Source: a virus (taxonomy: Duplodnaviria > Caudoviricetes). From it: a DNA stretch of 64,000 bases. Where the stretch lies: IMG/VR virus record IMGVR_UViG_3300028886_000070, positions 1 to 64,000 of that record; one strand, written 5' to 3'. This document shows, in pieces, positions 17,238 through 27,600 of the stretch. Each line of letters opens with the position of its first letter. Within the stretch, counting starts at the first letter, position 1. Both the position numbers and the translations under genes were made by a program. The notes under the pieces are model-generated. The model made no database searches. It was not told where the DNA came from and worked only from the letters and a program-made list of their open reading frames with translations.

Positions 17238-17845
17238 TGGTCGACATCGAAGCGATCAAGGAACGGCTGCGCGCCCTGTACGGGCTCGCGTGGTTCACCG
17301 ACGAGCAGTTCGATAAGCTCGCCAGGTATCTCGTGTTCGCCGGGGTGTCCACGCCCCTCCTCGAGAACTACAGCGGGTACATGATGTGCTACCTGAACGC
17401 CCCGGCGTCGGCGGGCCACCACCTCGCCGTGAGGGGCGGGCTCGCCATCCACTCGATGAACGTGACCGACCGGCTCCTCCAGCTGACGGGCGACCTCAAG
17501 ATCGCCTGGTCGGACTCGGGGTCGCCCTACGTCATCGGCATGTGCCACGACCTGTGCAAGATGCAGGCGTACGACTTCAAGGCCGACGGCAGGGAGATCA
17601 TGAAGCTGCGCCCGATGTTCCCGGGGCACGGCACGCTCTCGGCGATGCTCGCCCCCGACTTCCTCGGGCATCCGGTCTCGTACGTCGAGCGGGTGTGCAT
17701 CGTGTACCACATGGGCGCGTGGCGCGTGGGCGAGGAGTACGACGTCCGTCATCTCGACGCCGCCGTCTCCGAGTTCCCGCTCGAGGTCATCGCGACGCAC
17801 ACGGCTGACATGCTCGCGTCGCAGTACGACGAGGTGGGGAAGTGA
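17234..17845 (+). CDS. HD-domain phosphohydrolase
   Basis: APAS..HH...GGLAIHS.NV, CHDLCK, GHG, HMG, HTADMLAS. Confidence 0.88.
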   Translation: MMVDIEAIKERLRALYGLAWFTDEQFDKLARYLVFAGVSTPLLENYSGYMMCYLNAPASAGHHLAVRGGLAIHSMNVTDRLLQLTGDLKIAWSDSGSPYVIGMCHDLCKMQAYDFKADGREIMKLRPMFPGHGTLSAMLAPDFLGHPVSYVERVCIVYHMGAWRVGEEYDVRHLDAAVSEFPLEVIATHTADMLASQYDEVGK

Positions 17846-18063
17846 GCCCCGACGAGGTCATGTTGAGGAACGCGAGGAGCGGCAAGGACATCACGCCCGT
17901 ATGGGACGCGATGACGAGGCCGCTCACGCCGGAGGAGCAGGCGGCGTTCGGCCGCCAGCCCTCCATGTTCCGCCTGCCCGATCCCTGCCCGTTCGTGAAG
18001 CTCGGGCCGGGGCGGCGCGGGCACGGAGTCGAGATAACGATAGGGATAAAGGGCACGTTCTGA
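17842..18063 (+). CDS. hypothetical protein (73 aa)
   Basis: GTGA/TGATG coupling with its neighbours. Confidence 0.55.
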   Translation: MSPDEVMLRNARSGKDITPVWDAMTRPLTPEEQAAFGRQPSMFRLPDPCPFVKLGPGRRGHGVEITIGIKGTF

Positions 18064-18236
18064 TGAACACCTACACGATAGAGTACGAAGAGTGCGGACG
18101 CGACTGCCTCGTCCCGCGCTTCGGAACGGTTTCATACGCCGCGAAGGACGCGCACGACGCCGTGCGCCAGTTCAGCGAAGAGTTCCCCGGAGCGGACATA
18201 CGCGAGCTGCGGAGGGACCACGTGCATGGAACATGA
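18063..18236 (+). CDS. hypothetical protein (57 aa)
   Basis: TGATG overlap; MNTYTIEYEE... Confidence 0.55.
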   Translation: MNTYTIEYEECGRDCLVPRFGTVSYAAKDAHDAVRQFSEEFPGADIRELRRDHVHGT

Positions 18237-18538
18237 ATCGAGACGGAGGACGACGTACCATGCCATGCAAGGATGGGGAAGAACCGACGCTGCCGGACGA
18301 GCTCGTGCCGAAGAGGCCGAGGGGTCGCCCGATACGCGGGATGGAGCACGGACTCGACCCGGTGCCGGGCGCGAGGAAGGACTCCGCGAAGTGCCGTGAG
18401 TGCCCGAAGTGGGACGGAAAGCGGACGTGGTGCCCGCTCCGCGCCTCCCCGTGCAACGGCTTCGCCCCGGCGTGCAGGTACGGCACGGTCCTCATAAGGG
18501 CCAAGAGACTGGCGGACAGGAGAAACAATGGCAAGTGA
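18233..18538 (+). CDS. small Cys-rich basic protein
   Basis: KRPRGRP (AT-hook-like) and CxxC...C...C. Confidence 0.55.
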   Translation: MNRDGGRRTMPCKDGEEPTLPDELVPKRPRGRPIRGMEHGLDPVPGARKDSAKCRECPKWDGKRTWCPLRASPCNGFAPACRYGTVLIRAKRLADRRNNGK

Positions 18539-18728
18539 GATATGCCCCGAAGCGAGGGGATTCATACCGCAGGAGCTGACGTGCTGGGCGCGCGTGTCGT
18601 GGGACCGCCACACCGGTGTCGGCTTCTGGAAGAGACTTTGGCGTAGCCTTTCCGGCTACTACGACTGCCCGAACGAGGGCCTGCTTCCCTGCTCCAGGTT
18701 CAGGGACGTCACTAACGAGGCATTATGA
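18528..18728 (+). CDS. hypothetical protein (66 aa)
   Basis: AGGAG RBS, overlaps its neighbours. Confidence 0.5.
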   Translation: MASEICPEARGFIPQELTCWARVSWDRHTGVGFWKRLWRSLSGYYDCPNEGLLPCSRFRDVTNEAL

Positions 18729-19195
18729 ACGATACGCATGGAGAATCGGGTCAAGGCTGGTACGGCTTCGACCTCGACGGAACGCTTGCCGTGTACGACG
18801 GCTGGCACGGGATAGACCACATCGGCGCGCCGGTCGCGAAGACCGTGCGGCTCATGAAGCGGATGCACGAGGACGGGCTGCGGGTGAAGATTCTCACCGC
18901 ACGCGTCTCCCCGCGCACGAACCCGGAGACGACGGTGAACCCGTACCTCGAGAACCACTGGTGCATCGAGTCCCCGGACGACATGCCGTGGGCCCTCAAC
19001 CCGAAGGTGTGGACGGCGCGCGAGTTCGTGCAGGACTGGTGCTGGCGGGTCCTCGGCTTCGTCCCGGAGATCACGCACGAGAAGGACCACCTCATGCTGA
19101 ACCTGTTCGACGACCGTGTCGTGCAGGTCGAGCCGAACACCGGGTGGATCCTCGGGCGCATGCCGCCGGAGCTCGTCAAGTACTGGGAGGACTGA
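18725..19195 (+). CDS. HAD-superfamily phosphatase-like protein
   Basis: FDLDGTLA (motif I), ILTAR (II), K (III), FDDR (IV). Confidence 0.8.
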   Translation: MNDTHGESGQGWYGFDLDGTLAVYDGWHGIDHIGAPVAKTVRLMKRMHEDGLRVKILTARVSPRTNPETTVNPYLENHWCIESPDDMPWALNPKVWTAREFVQDWCWRVLGFVPEITHEKDHLMLNLFDDRVVQVEPNTGWILGRMPPELVKYWED

Positions 19196-19196
19196 C

Positions 19197-19541
19197 ATGG
19201 ACGACGAAGCGAAGTTCTGGTTCAGGTGCCTCGCGGCGATACTGCTGGCCGTCGTGCTGGCGGTGCTCGGGGGCATCTTCATAAACTGCTGGCACATGCA
19301 CCGCATGGCCGAGCTGGGGTACGAGGAGCGGATCGTGCCGGGTCGGCAGTCGACGCTGTGGCAGAAGCTGCCGCAGCCACCCGTCAGGTGCGACTGCCCC
19401 CGCGCATGGGTCGAGCCGCTCGTGTCGATCACGAACTATGTGCAGGAGGTGGAACAGTACTATACGACCAACGCGTTCAGCGCGCTGCTCGACTATGTCG
19501 TCTCCTCGAACGGGATGATCATCTCGACGAAAGGCAACTGA
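19197..19541 (+). CDS. membrane-anchored hypothetical protein
   Basis: GGAGG RBS; N-terminal TM helix. Confidence 0.6.
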   Translation: MDDEAKFWFRCLAAILLAVVLAVLGGIFINCWHMHRMAELGYEERIVPGRQSTLWQKLPQPPVRCDCPRAWVEPLVSITNYVQEVEQYYTTNAFSALLDYVVSSNGMIISTKGN

Positions 19542-19981
19542 TGGCGAACCCCCTCAAGTTCTGGCACTTCGACACGGACGTGTACGGCCTGCACGTCGGC
19601 CTCATTCTCGGCCCGCTCGAGAAATGCACGGAGAAGTGGCTCACCGAGAAGATGCGCAAGGCATGGCCGAAGGTGCTGCCCGCCGAGGGCGAGGTCGAGC
19701 TGGGCGAGCCGGACGAACAGTGCTACGCGGACCACATCGTCATTACCGCGAGCAACAACGTGCAGTTCCGGTTCGTCCGCATACCGCAGTTCTACCCGAG
19801 GGGCAAGAGCGCCCCGCACGACCTCGCGGTGCTCGTCCACGAGACGCACCACCTGGTAGCGACGGCGCTCAAGCACCTCGGAGTCGAAAACGGCGAGCAC
19901 GAGGAGGCCGCCGCCTATCTCGAGGAGTACGTCTTCGAGAAGTTCATGACGATCCTCTACAAGGAATACGGAGTAATCTGA
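19541..19981 (+). CDS. putative zinc metallopeptidase
   Basis: LVHETHH (HExxH) with downstream EEAAAY. Confidence 0.7.
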   Translation: MANPLKFWHFDTDVYGLHVGLILGPLEKCTEKWLTEKMRKAWPKVLPAEGEVELGEPDEQCYADHIVITASNNVQFRFVRIPQFYPRGKSAPHDLAVLVHETHHLVATALKHLGVENGEHEEAAAYLEEYVFEKFMTILYKEYGVI

Positions 19982-20172
19982 TGGCCTGGAAGACGAAGAT
20001 GCACACGCCGGAGTCGGCGAAGGGGATGTTCGACGGGAGGACGAAGGCGTCCCTCCGCGCCGAGCAGGCAAGGCTGCGCGCGAAGGACACGCGCACCGCC
20101 GCGGAGCAGAAGCGGCTCAAGAGGGTGAACTTCGCCCTCCGCGCCAAGAACGGCTTCGGGAAGGCGAAATGA
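19981..20172 (+). CDS. small basic protein (63 aa)
   Basis: TGATG/ATGA coupling. Confidence 0.6.
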   Translation: MAWKTKMHTPESAKGMFDGRTKASLRAEQARLRAKDTRTAAEQKRLKRVNFALRAKNGFGKAK

Positions 20173-20435
20173 CGGTACGCCCGATAAAGCGGTTCGTCCT
20201 CCTGGTGGACGACCAGCCCGAGACCGTGGACGGCGGCGTGATCGTCCGGCGCGAGTTCGGCAGCGCATACCTCGACTACTACGTGGCCGCGGTCGGCGAG
20301 ACGGAGGAGTGCGACTTCGGGGCGGGGGACAGGGTCCTCCTCGCCGATCCGAACGCGGGACGCAAGGTGAGGCTGGACGGCGTCGTGTACCGGCTCGTCC
20401 GCGTCGCGGACATAATAGGAGTGGTGGAGCCATGA
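20169..20435 (+). CDS. groES: GroES/Cpn10-like co-chaperonin
   Basis: VRPIKRFVLL...GGVIV...VAAVGE...GDRVLL...LDGVVYRLVRVADIIGVV, 88 aa. Confidence 0.8.
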   Translation: MTVRPIKRFVLLVDDQPETVDGGVIVRREFGSAYLDYYVAAVGETEECDFGAGDRVLLADPNAGRKVRLDGVVYRLVRVADIIGVVEP

Positions 20436-20791
20436 TACGGATGGTGATAGACTACGGCATACCCGAGGACAGGAAGTACCACATAACGGTGTTCCCGCTC
20501 CACGACGACGCCGCGCCGGAGATGGACGCGTTCGTCGAGAGGTTTCTCAAGGAGACCCGCGGCCTCCTCGTCATCGACATGACGCTCGAGCTGTGCCTGA
20601 AGGGCGTGGACGTCCCGGACGGCACGGAGGTCGAGTGGCACTACTGGCACCTCGGCGAGAAGAGGATCAAGCCGTTCCCGGAAGGCTTCCTTCCGTCGGA
20701 CGGGCTGATCGAGCGCCTGCTCGACCCGCGCGCCCCCGGCGGGACGAAGTACCTGCGCTACGAGGAGGCGGGCGATGGCCAGCGGACTTGA
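20432..20791 (+). CDS. hypothetical protein
   Basis: ATGA overlap with groES. Confidence 0.6.
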   Translation: MIRMVIDYGIPEDRKYHITVFPLHDDAAPEMDAFVERFLKETRGLLVIDMTLELCLKGVDVPDGTEVEWHYWHLGEKRIKPFPEGFLPSDGLIERLLDPRAPGGTKYLRYEEAGDGQRT

Positions 20792-21095
20792 CCCTGCCGC
20801 CCTTCAGGCCATGTTCGGCGCGGGAACCCCGGACGCCGACGGCAACCTGTCGTGGAAGCTCGAGGGCGGGGACGCCGCGAAGGCGCTCGGGATAGACATC
20901 CCGGCGCCGTCTATGCCGGCTGCGCCGGAGCTTCCCCAGGTTCCCCCGGTCCAGCGGACGGAGTCGTTCGGTCCTCCGGTGGTTCTCCCCCAGAAGTCGT
21001 CGTGGGCTCCGACGGCCCTTCTGGCGGCTCTTCTTCTGGTGGAGGTTCTGCGGCTCCTCCTGGAGCTTGCGCCGTACCTCCTCCTCCGCCGCTGA
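20775..21095 (+). CDS. hypothetical protein with C-terminal TM helix
   Basis: GAGGAGG RBS; last gene of the + arm. Confidence 0.55.
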   Translation: MASGLDPAALQAMFGAGTPDADGNLSWKLEGGDAAKALGIDIPAPSMPAAPELPQVPPVQRTESFGPPVVLPQKSSWAPTALLAALLLVEVLRLLLELAPYLLLRR

Positions 21096-21453
21096 CGATC
21101 GCGGCGATCATGTCGCGGGCGCGCTGCACGGTCGCCTGCTCCTCCTCCGTCTGCGGGACCCCCGCCTCCATCACGGAGTCGAGGAACTCCACGGCCTCCT
21201 GGAGCTGCTCGTCGGTCGGGTTCTCCACCGAGTCGTCGAACGTGCAGACGCGGGCGAGTATCGTGCGCCGGAGCTGCACCTCGTCGTTCCGGTACGCGGT
21301 GTCGCTGAAGAATTTCCGCTGCTCCTCCGTGGGCTCCGACGCGGGCTCGAAGGACATGTCCTCCATCACCACGCGGAACGCCTCGTTCCACGCCACGCAC
21401 TTCGCGTCGCGGGCGTCTCCGAACACCTTCGGGTTTATGACTATCCTCGCCAT
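20911..21453 (-). CDS. hypothetical protein (180 aa)
   Basis: GGAG RBS, typical codon usage; last gene of the - arm. Confidence 0.7.
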   Translation of the reverse strand: MARIVINPKVFGDARDAKCVAWNEAFRVVMEDMSFEPASEPTEEQRKFFSDTAYRNDEVQLRRTILARVCTFDDSVENPTDEQLQEAVEFLDSVMEAGVPQTEEEQATVQRARDMIAAIVSGGGGGTAQAPGGAAEPPPEEEPPEGPSEPTTTSGGEPPEDRTTPSAGPGEPGEAPAQPA

Positions 21454-21454
21454 G

Positions 21455-22042
21455 TCAGTCGCACTCCATGACCTTCTTCATCGTGAACGACCCCCACACC
21501 GCCGCCGTGTCGACGACCGTGCAGGTGCCGAGTATGCGCGTCGGGCTCACGTGGCCGTATGCGTAGCACCCGCAGCCGAGCTGCCCGGCGACGTAGCCGG
21601 AAATCCTCTTGTCGCTCGAGCCGTTGCCGCCCGCCATCGTGACGATGAGGGTGTTGTCCTCGCCGTCGGCCAGGGCGTAGCTCGGCGTCGCCTCGATCGT
21701 GAGGAAGATCGAGGGCCTCTTGAAGACGCCCGTCCTGTTGTTCCCGACCGCGTGCCACCCGCCGCTTTCGACGACGGTCGCGTACTTCACGTACTGGCCG
21801 TTCGACATCTTGTGCGACTTGTTCACCATGTCGCGGAACTCGACGGACGGCTCGCCACCGTTCCTGTCGTGCTCGACGACTACCCGTCCCTTTATCTTCT
21901 GCACCTTGTACACGCGCTTCCCGAGCGACCGCGAGTTGTCCACGATGGCCGGGACCTTGAGGCTCATCGTGAGGTCGTAGTGGGTCGTCCTCGCGAAGAG
22001 GGCGAGCGGGAGCAGCATGGCCGCTATCACGAGCTTCTTCAT
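21455..22042 (-). CDS. secreted/exported beta-rich protein (195 aa)
   Basis: Signal peptide MKKLVIAAMLLPLALFA; AAAGGAG RBS; ATGA overlap. Confidence 0.75.
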   Translation of the reverse strand: MKKLVIAAMLLPLALFARTTHYDLTMSLKVPAIVDNSRSLGKRVYKVQKIKGRVVVEHDRNGGEPSVEFRDMVNKSHKMSNGQYVKYATVVESGGWHAVGNNRTGVFKRPSIFLTIEATPSYALADGEDNTLIVTMAGGNGSSDKRISGYVAGQLGCGCYAYGHVSPTRILGTCTVVDTAAVWGSFTMKKVMECD

Positions 22043-24600
22043 GGCGTTCTCCTTTCCGTTGCCGCGAGCATGTCGCGGAAAGCCTTGAGGCCGTCGGCCC
22101 GGCGGTTGGCGAGGCCCTTCAGCGCCCTGCCCCCGGCCATCCTGTACGTCGGCGCCTCGCGGAACACGACGGCGTCCACGTCCTCCCCGGCGACGGCGGC
22201 GGAGCCGTCCCGGTTGAGCGCCGGCGAGTGCTTCGTGAGCGCCGCGAGCCCTACGTTGTACGCGAGGTCGAGGAGCTGCGCCATCGCGCCGGAGCCCGCG
22301 CGCCTCGCCCACGGCATCTGCCGGTACATCTCGGCGGCGTCCCTGCGCACGCGCCCCGCGACGAATTTCGCGGCGTCCGGCTCGGCGATGGAGTCGCCCT
22401 TGCGGACGGGGCGCATCTTGCCGGTCGCCGCGTCCCTTATCTCCGTCTGCCCGTAGCCGACCGTCCACTTGCCCACGGCGTCCTTGTACGCCTGCTCCCG
22501 GAAGCCCTCGTGCTCCTTTATGAACGGGACGGCGAGCGAGAGCGCGTCCTCCACGCGGCGGTACACGGCGTCCGGGGCCATGCGGGCGACGAACTCCGAC
22601 GGGACGTACTCGTCGCCCTTCCACGTGCCGGCGAGCCTCGCGTCGTCGCCCGTGGCGTAGCGGGACTCCACGGAGAACGTGGGGTGGTTCGGCTTCTTGT
22701 AGCGGTCGATGAAGTGCTGGCCGTCCTTCACGTTGTCCTTCACGGTCTCCGGGTCGAGCCAGTAGCCGCGGAGGTCGTAGTCGCCCTCGTACTGCAAGGG
22801 CTTCGGCAGCGTCGCGCGCCACGCCTGGTACTTCGCCTCCTGCTCCTCCGTGAGGGCGGAGTCGTACGCCGCCGGGTACACGACGTGGCCCGTCCCCTTG
22901 ACGTCCACGGAGTCCCAGGCGGAGCCGCCCTTGGCGTCCTGGCGCGGCAGCTTGTCGAGCGGTATCTCGGTCTTCACCTTGCCGGCGTCCGGGTCGGAGT
23001 CCCGCCCGAAGATCGAACCGACGAGCGAGGTCATCGCGTCCGGCACCACGTCGTAGTGCTTGTTGACGTCGAACTTGTCCGTCACCTTGCCGTCCTGCAC
23101 GCTGAATCCTCCCACGGACTGCGAAGCCTCCCACGCGCCGGGACGGCCCGACATCTCGACGCGATGCGTCCCGACGTTTCTTCCGATCTCCCGGAGCGCG
23201 TCCTGCGAGAAGTACCGCTCGTCGCGCACCTCCGGCCGGTAGTACTTCCCGCCTCCGCTCGTCATGTTGGCGATGGCGGCCCTCGCGCCCACGTATGCGG
23301 GCTGGAGCATCTTCGCCGCCGGCGACAGGAGCGGCACGCCCATGTCCGCCGTCTGCGCGGCCTGGCGCTCCATCCAGGCGATGCCCGCGTCGAGCACCTC
23401 GCCCGTCTCGCCGAACCGCTTGGCGATCCCGCCGAAGAGGTCGGCCTCGGTCTCCTCGAGCTCCTCCGTCCGCCTGATCGTAAGCTCGAGGTCCTCGAAG
23501 TCCGTGCCGCCGGACATGTCGCCCTCCGCCGGGTCGTCGAGCTGCACGGGCGCGCCCTCGCCGGAGCCGTCGTCCGGCGACGCGTCCTCGCCCATGTCGT
23601 AGTAGCCGCCCGCCTCCGGGTGCTTGCGGAAGAACTCGAGGTCCTCCTCCGTGTAGTCCCGCTCGTCGGAGACGACGGGTATGCCGAAGATCGTGTCGGG
23701 CGCGCGGTCGCCGGAGAAGAGCCTGCCGCCCACGGCGAAGCGTCCGCCCTTGTCGGCCTGCCGCACGGCCTTCGCGCCCTTGCCGAGGCCCGTCCACGTC
23801 CCGACCTCGAGGACGCCGTCGAGCGCCGAGACGCCCGCGGAGTCCGGCCTGTCCGGCTTCAGCGCCCGGTCGTAGAACTCGTGCGCGACGTCGAACGGCT
23901 TCGAGAGCTTCCCGGGGAGCAGCGTCCCCGCCCCGATGAAGATGTCGTTGGCGACGCGGCCCGGCGCCTTCACGACGTCCATAGGCGTCATCGCCATCGT
24001 GTCGAGCGCCTTGAGCGCGTCCTTGTGCTCGACGTGCTCCTCGCCCGGCCTCGCCGTCATGCGCACGGAGAAGTCCTTCTCGATCACGGGCTCGTCGAGG
24101 AAGCGCGGGAAGAGGACGTTCTGCCACTTGTCGAGCTCGTTGTGCATCCCGAGGAACCACCGCCTCGTCCCGGCGTGGCCGGACGCCTCGGCGCCCATGA
24201 GCGGCACGGAGTTGACGAGCTTCGCGCCGTCGAAGAGCGTGCGCCCGATCCCGGTGCCGACCTGCTTCAGCATGATGCCCGCGGTCTCCAGCGGCTCGTG
24301 GAGGTTGCGCCGCCAGAACTCGTCGGACATCCGCTGCACCACGGCCTCCTCGGCCGCCGTGCGCCTCCTCGGCGTGTCGCGGGTGTTGAAGCTGTAGCCG
24401 GTGAGGCTGACCTTCCCGGGCGCGTACGGCCTCCCGGCGAGCACGTGCGGCGGGCTGTTCCGGGACGACAGGTCGGTCGCGGTCGTCCCGTCCGGCATGG
24501 AGACGAAGCCCGGCGGAGGACCCGGGAGCTTGAGGTTCAGTTCGGGAATCTTCGGTTCCGTCCTCGGGGGCGGAAGGTCTGGCAGATCGTCAAAGTTCAT
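22039..24600 (-). CDS. internal virion protein with C-terminal GH24 (T4-like) lysozyme
   Basis: IKEHEGFREQAYKDAVGKWTVGYG (E-x8-D-x5-T), DLAYNVG, GLANRR; 853 aa; follows the giant gene. Confidence 0.85.
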   Translation of the reverse strand: MNFDDLPDLPPPRTEPKIPELNLKLPGPPPGFVSMPDGTTATDLSSRNSPPHVLAGRPYAPGKVSLTGYSFNTRDTPRRRTAAEEAVVQRMSDEFWRRNLHEPLETAGIMLKQVGTGIGRTLFDGAKLVNSVPLMGAEASGHAGTRRWFLGMHNELDKWQNVLFPRFLDEPVIEKDFSVRMTARPGEEHVEHKDALKALDTMAMTPMDVVKAPGRVANDIFIGAGTLLPGKLSKPFDVAHEFYDRALKPDRPDSAGVSALDGVLEVGTWTGLGKGAKAVRQADKGGRFAVGGRLFSGDRAPDTIFGIPVVSDERDYTEEDLEFFRKHPEAGGYYDMGEDASPDDGSGEGAPVQLDDPAEGDMSGGTDFEDLELTIRRTEELEETEADLFGGIAKRFGETGEVLDAGIAWMERQAAQTADMGVPLLSPAAKMLQPAYVGARAAIANMTSGGGKYYRPEVRDERYFSQDALREIGRNVGTHRVEMSGRPGAWEASQSVGGFSVQDGKVTDKFDVNKHYDVVPDAMTSLVGSIFGRDSDPDAGKVKTEIPLDKLPRQDAKGGSAWDSVDVKGTGHVVYPAAYDSALTEEQEAKYQAWRATLPKPLQYEGDYDLRGYWLDPETVKDNVKDGQHFIDRYKKPNHPTFSVESRYATGDDARLAGTWKGDEYVPSEFVARMAPDAVYRRVEDALSLAVPFIKEHEGFREQAYKDAVGKWTVGYGQTEIRDAATGKMRPVRKGDSIAEPDAAKFVAGRVRRDAAEMYRQMPWARRAGSGAMAQLLDLAYNVGLAALTKHSPALNRDGSAAVAGEDVDAVVFREAPTYRMAGGRALKGLANRRADGLKAFRDMLAATERRTP

Positions 24601-24616
24601 GGCGGCGGTTCCTCCT

Positions 24617-27600
24617 TCAGTAGTCCATCGGCTTCGGGGGCTCCACGGCGAGCGTCCGGTACGGGTTCTTGAGCGAGCCGCGTATCACGGCGCGCATGAT
24701 CGCGCGCTCCTCGGGCGTGAGGTTCTTCTTCCAGTCGCGGCCCTGCGCCTTCATGCGGTCGCGGATGGAGCGCATGACGGCGCGGCGCTTCGCCCCGAGC
24801 CTGTCGAGGACGCGGGCGACGCGGTTCAGCCTCTCGGTGTCGAAGGGCTTGGAGAGGTCGTCGGGCAGCGCCTCGAAGAACTCGCCGTACGCCTTCGTGA
24901 GGACGCGGCCGAGCGCCTTGTCGAGCTGCCGCCTCGGGTCGAGCCCGTTCCTCCGGGCGTCGGCGAGGATGTCGTTCACCGCGTTGCGGGCGAGCATCGA
25001 GCCGCGGCCCTTCCTCACGCCGAAGGCGTAGTTGGCGCGGTCGTTGTACGCCCACGCCGTGAGCGCCTTCTCGAGCCTGTCCTGGATGTTCGTCTGCGAC
25101 GCGCCCATCTGCACCGGCCCGAAGACCGGGAGGATTCCCGCGTCACCCGTGCGCGTCACGCCGCCCACGGTGAACGGGAGGAACGCCTGCGCGAGGTTGA
25201 AGAGCGCGCCGTCGGTCGTCGGGTCGAGCCAGCGCTCGAACTGCCCCTTGTCGTCCCACGGGAGCGCGCGGTCGAGGTAGGCGAGGTTGCGGCCCATGAT
25301 GCCCTCGAGGATGCGCTGCGTCGGCATCGAGAGCTTCGAGAAGAACTGCGCCGACGCGTCGTCGAACCAGCGGAAGAACTCCCAGCCCTGCTTGCCGAAG
25401 TGCATGTAGTAGCGGCGGTTCCTCGACGTGCGGTTCGCCGCGTCGTCGCCGGTGTACATCGGGACGAGCGACGGGACGAGCGATCCGACGCCCGCGCCCA
25501 TCGCGCCCCCGATCGCGCCCGTGAGCCAGTTGCCGCCCCGGCCCCCGAGGAACGCGCCGGCCGCGCCGCCGACCATCGCCGCGGCGGGCCCGCCGTTCTT
25601 CTTGAACGCCTTGAGGGCCCCGCCCAGCCTCGTGTCGTCGAAGCGCTCGATCGCCTTGAGGAGCGGGGTGAGGTCGAACGCCGTCCACCTCGTCTTGTCC
25701 TCGTTCTGCCACGTGAACCAGCGGTCGTCGTCATCGTCCCCGCCGCCGAGGCACTTGGCGAGCCCCATCGCGAGGCACTGCATGAGCGCCGGGACGCCGA
25801 TCATCACCGCGCCGAACATCCGGCACCAGCGGCCGAGGAGGTACTCGCGCTCCTGGCGCGTCACGCTGTGGCCGCCGAAGAGCATGTCCTCGATGACGCC
25901 GCCCCCGCCGGCCTCCCACGCGCCGCGGGTCCACTGCCAGGAGAACATGAGCGTGTTCATGAGCGCCCGGTTCATCGGGTGCGCCCACGCGTACCGCAGC
26001 GGGTCGATGCCGCCGATCTCGGCGTTGATGTAGCCGCCGTAGCGCTTGAGGTCGCGCACCGGGTCGAACGCCTTGCCGCGCGCCTGCGCCTGGTGGCGGA
26101 GCTTCATGGCGAGCTGGGCGATGACAGCGAGCTTCGTCGCGTTGAGCGCGTAGCTGAACGCCTTGTCGCCCTGCCGCAGCGCCATCGTCTCCATGATGCG
26201 CCCGAACTTCGCGGCGGTCTGCGCGCCGAAGCTCCTGCGCAGCGCCTCCTTGAGCCGGTTGATGTCCGAGGCCATCGCGGACTTCGTGGGCTCCATCGGG
26301 TTGACGAGCCGGCTGCTGAACGTGACGCCGAGCGCGGAGCCCCAGGCGTACAGCTCGGCGAGGAACGGGTCGTTCGAGTCCATCATGCGCATGATGTCCT
26401 GGAACCCGAGGAAGTCCTTCGTGATCCAGCCCTTGCCGCCGAACAGCTTCTGCACGCCCGCGAACAGCTCGGGGTTGGATTTCGCCCACTTGTCCATGAA
26501 CTCGAGGTTCGAGCACATGGTCGCCATCGCGCCCACGGCGCCGATGGGCGACTCCCACTTCGTCGCGAGCGGGAAGAAGAACGAGAAGCTGACGCTCATC
26601 GACTTCGACCAGGAGAGGCAGCGGTGGAGCGTGGCGCGCACCGCCGGGCCGCCGAAGCCGAGTATGCGCCCGGCCTGCGTGAACTGCTTGAGGTAGCCGA
26701 GCGCCTCGCCGCCGCCGAGGGCGTTGAGCGCGGACGACTCCTCGCCGAGCTGGTCGTCCTCGCGGACGAGCCACCCGTTCACGGACATCACGTCGCCGTC
26801 GTCGCCGGAGACGAGGACGTACCTCTTGCCGCCGATGCGCGTGTTGCCCTTGCCGTCCTTGCCCGCCTCGTGGAGCGCCGTGAAGATGTCGTGCGCGTTC
26901 TGCACGCCCGACTTCGCCGGGTCGTAGCCGTGGTCGGAGAGGCCGTTGTACTCGCTCCACCACCGGGCGATCTGGTGCCACAGCTCGTCCGGCACGCCCG
27001 AGAGCTCCGCCGCGTGCTGCGCCGGGTCGGCGTAGTACGTCGGCGCGCCGTCGTGCGCCGGGGTGAGCAGCATGTTGACGAGCGTCGAACGGGCCATCAT
27101 CGCGTTCGTGAGGCCGTCGATCGCCGCGTGGACCTTGTGCCCGATCTGGTAGTTCGCCGGCAGGACGCCGTAGCGGCGGAACGCCTGCTCGTCGGTGATG
27201 CCGACACGCCCGCCGAAGAGCTCGCCCGCCTGCTCGCGCCCGCTCTCGAGGGCCGCGAGGACGCGCTCCGCGCTGCGGACGTCGAAGCCCCTGCGGGCGC
27301 GGCCCTTCACCGCGTCCATGAGGCCGTTGCCCACGGCGCCCCAGCCGGAGGCCCTGCCGTCGATGCGCTGGTCCCACACGATGTCCACGAGCCTGTCGTA
27401 CACGGCGCGGGCGACGTCCGCCTTCGTCGCGTCGGCGGCGAGGACGAGCCCCGTCCTCGCGGAGCGGCCCTCGCCCTCCACGGCGAACTCGCCCGCCGCG
27501 ACGAGGTCCTTGAGCGCCATGCCGCGCTCCGGGACGCCGTACGCGTCGGCGAGCATGTCGAGGAGCGGCACGGCCTCCGAGGGGTCCAGGGACGCCACGG

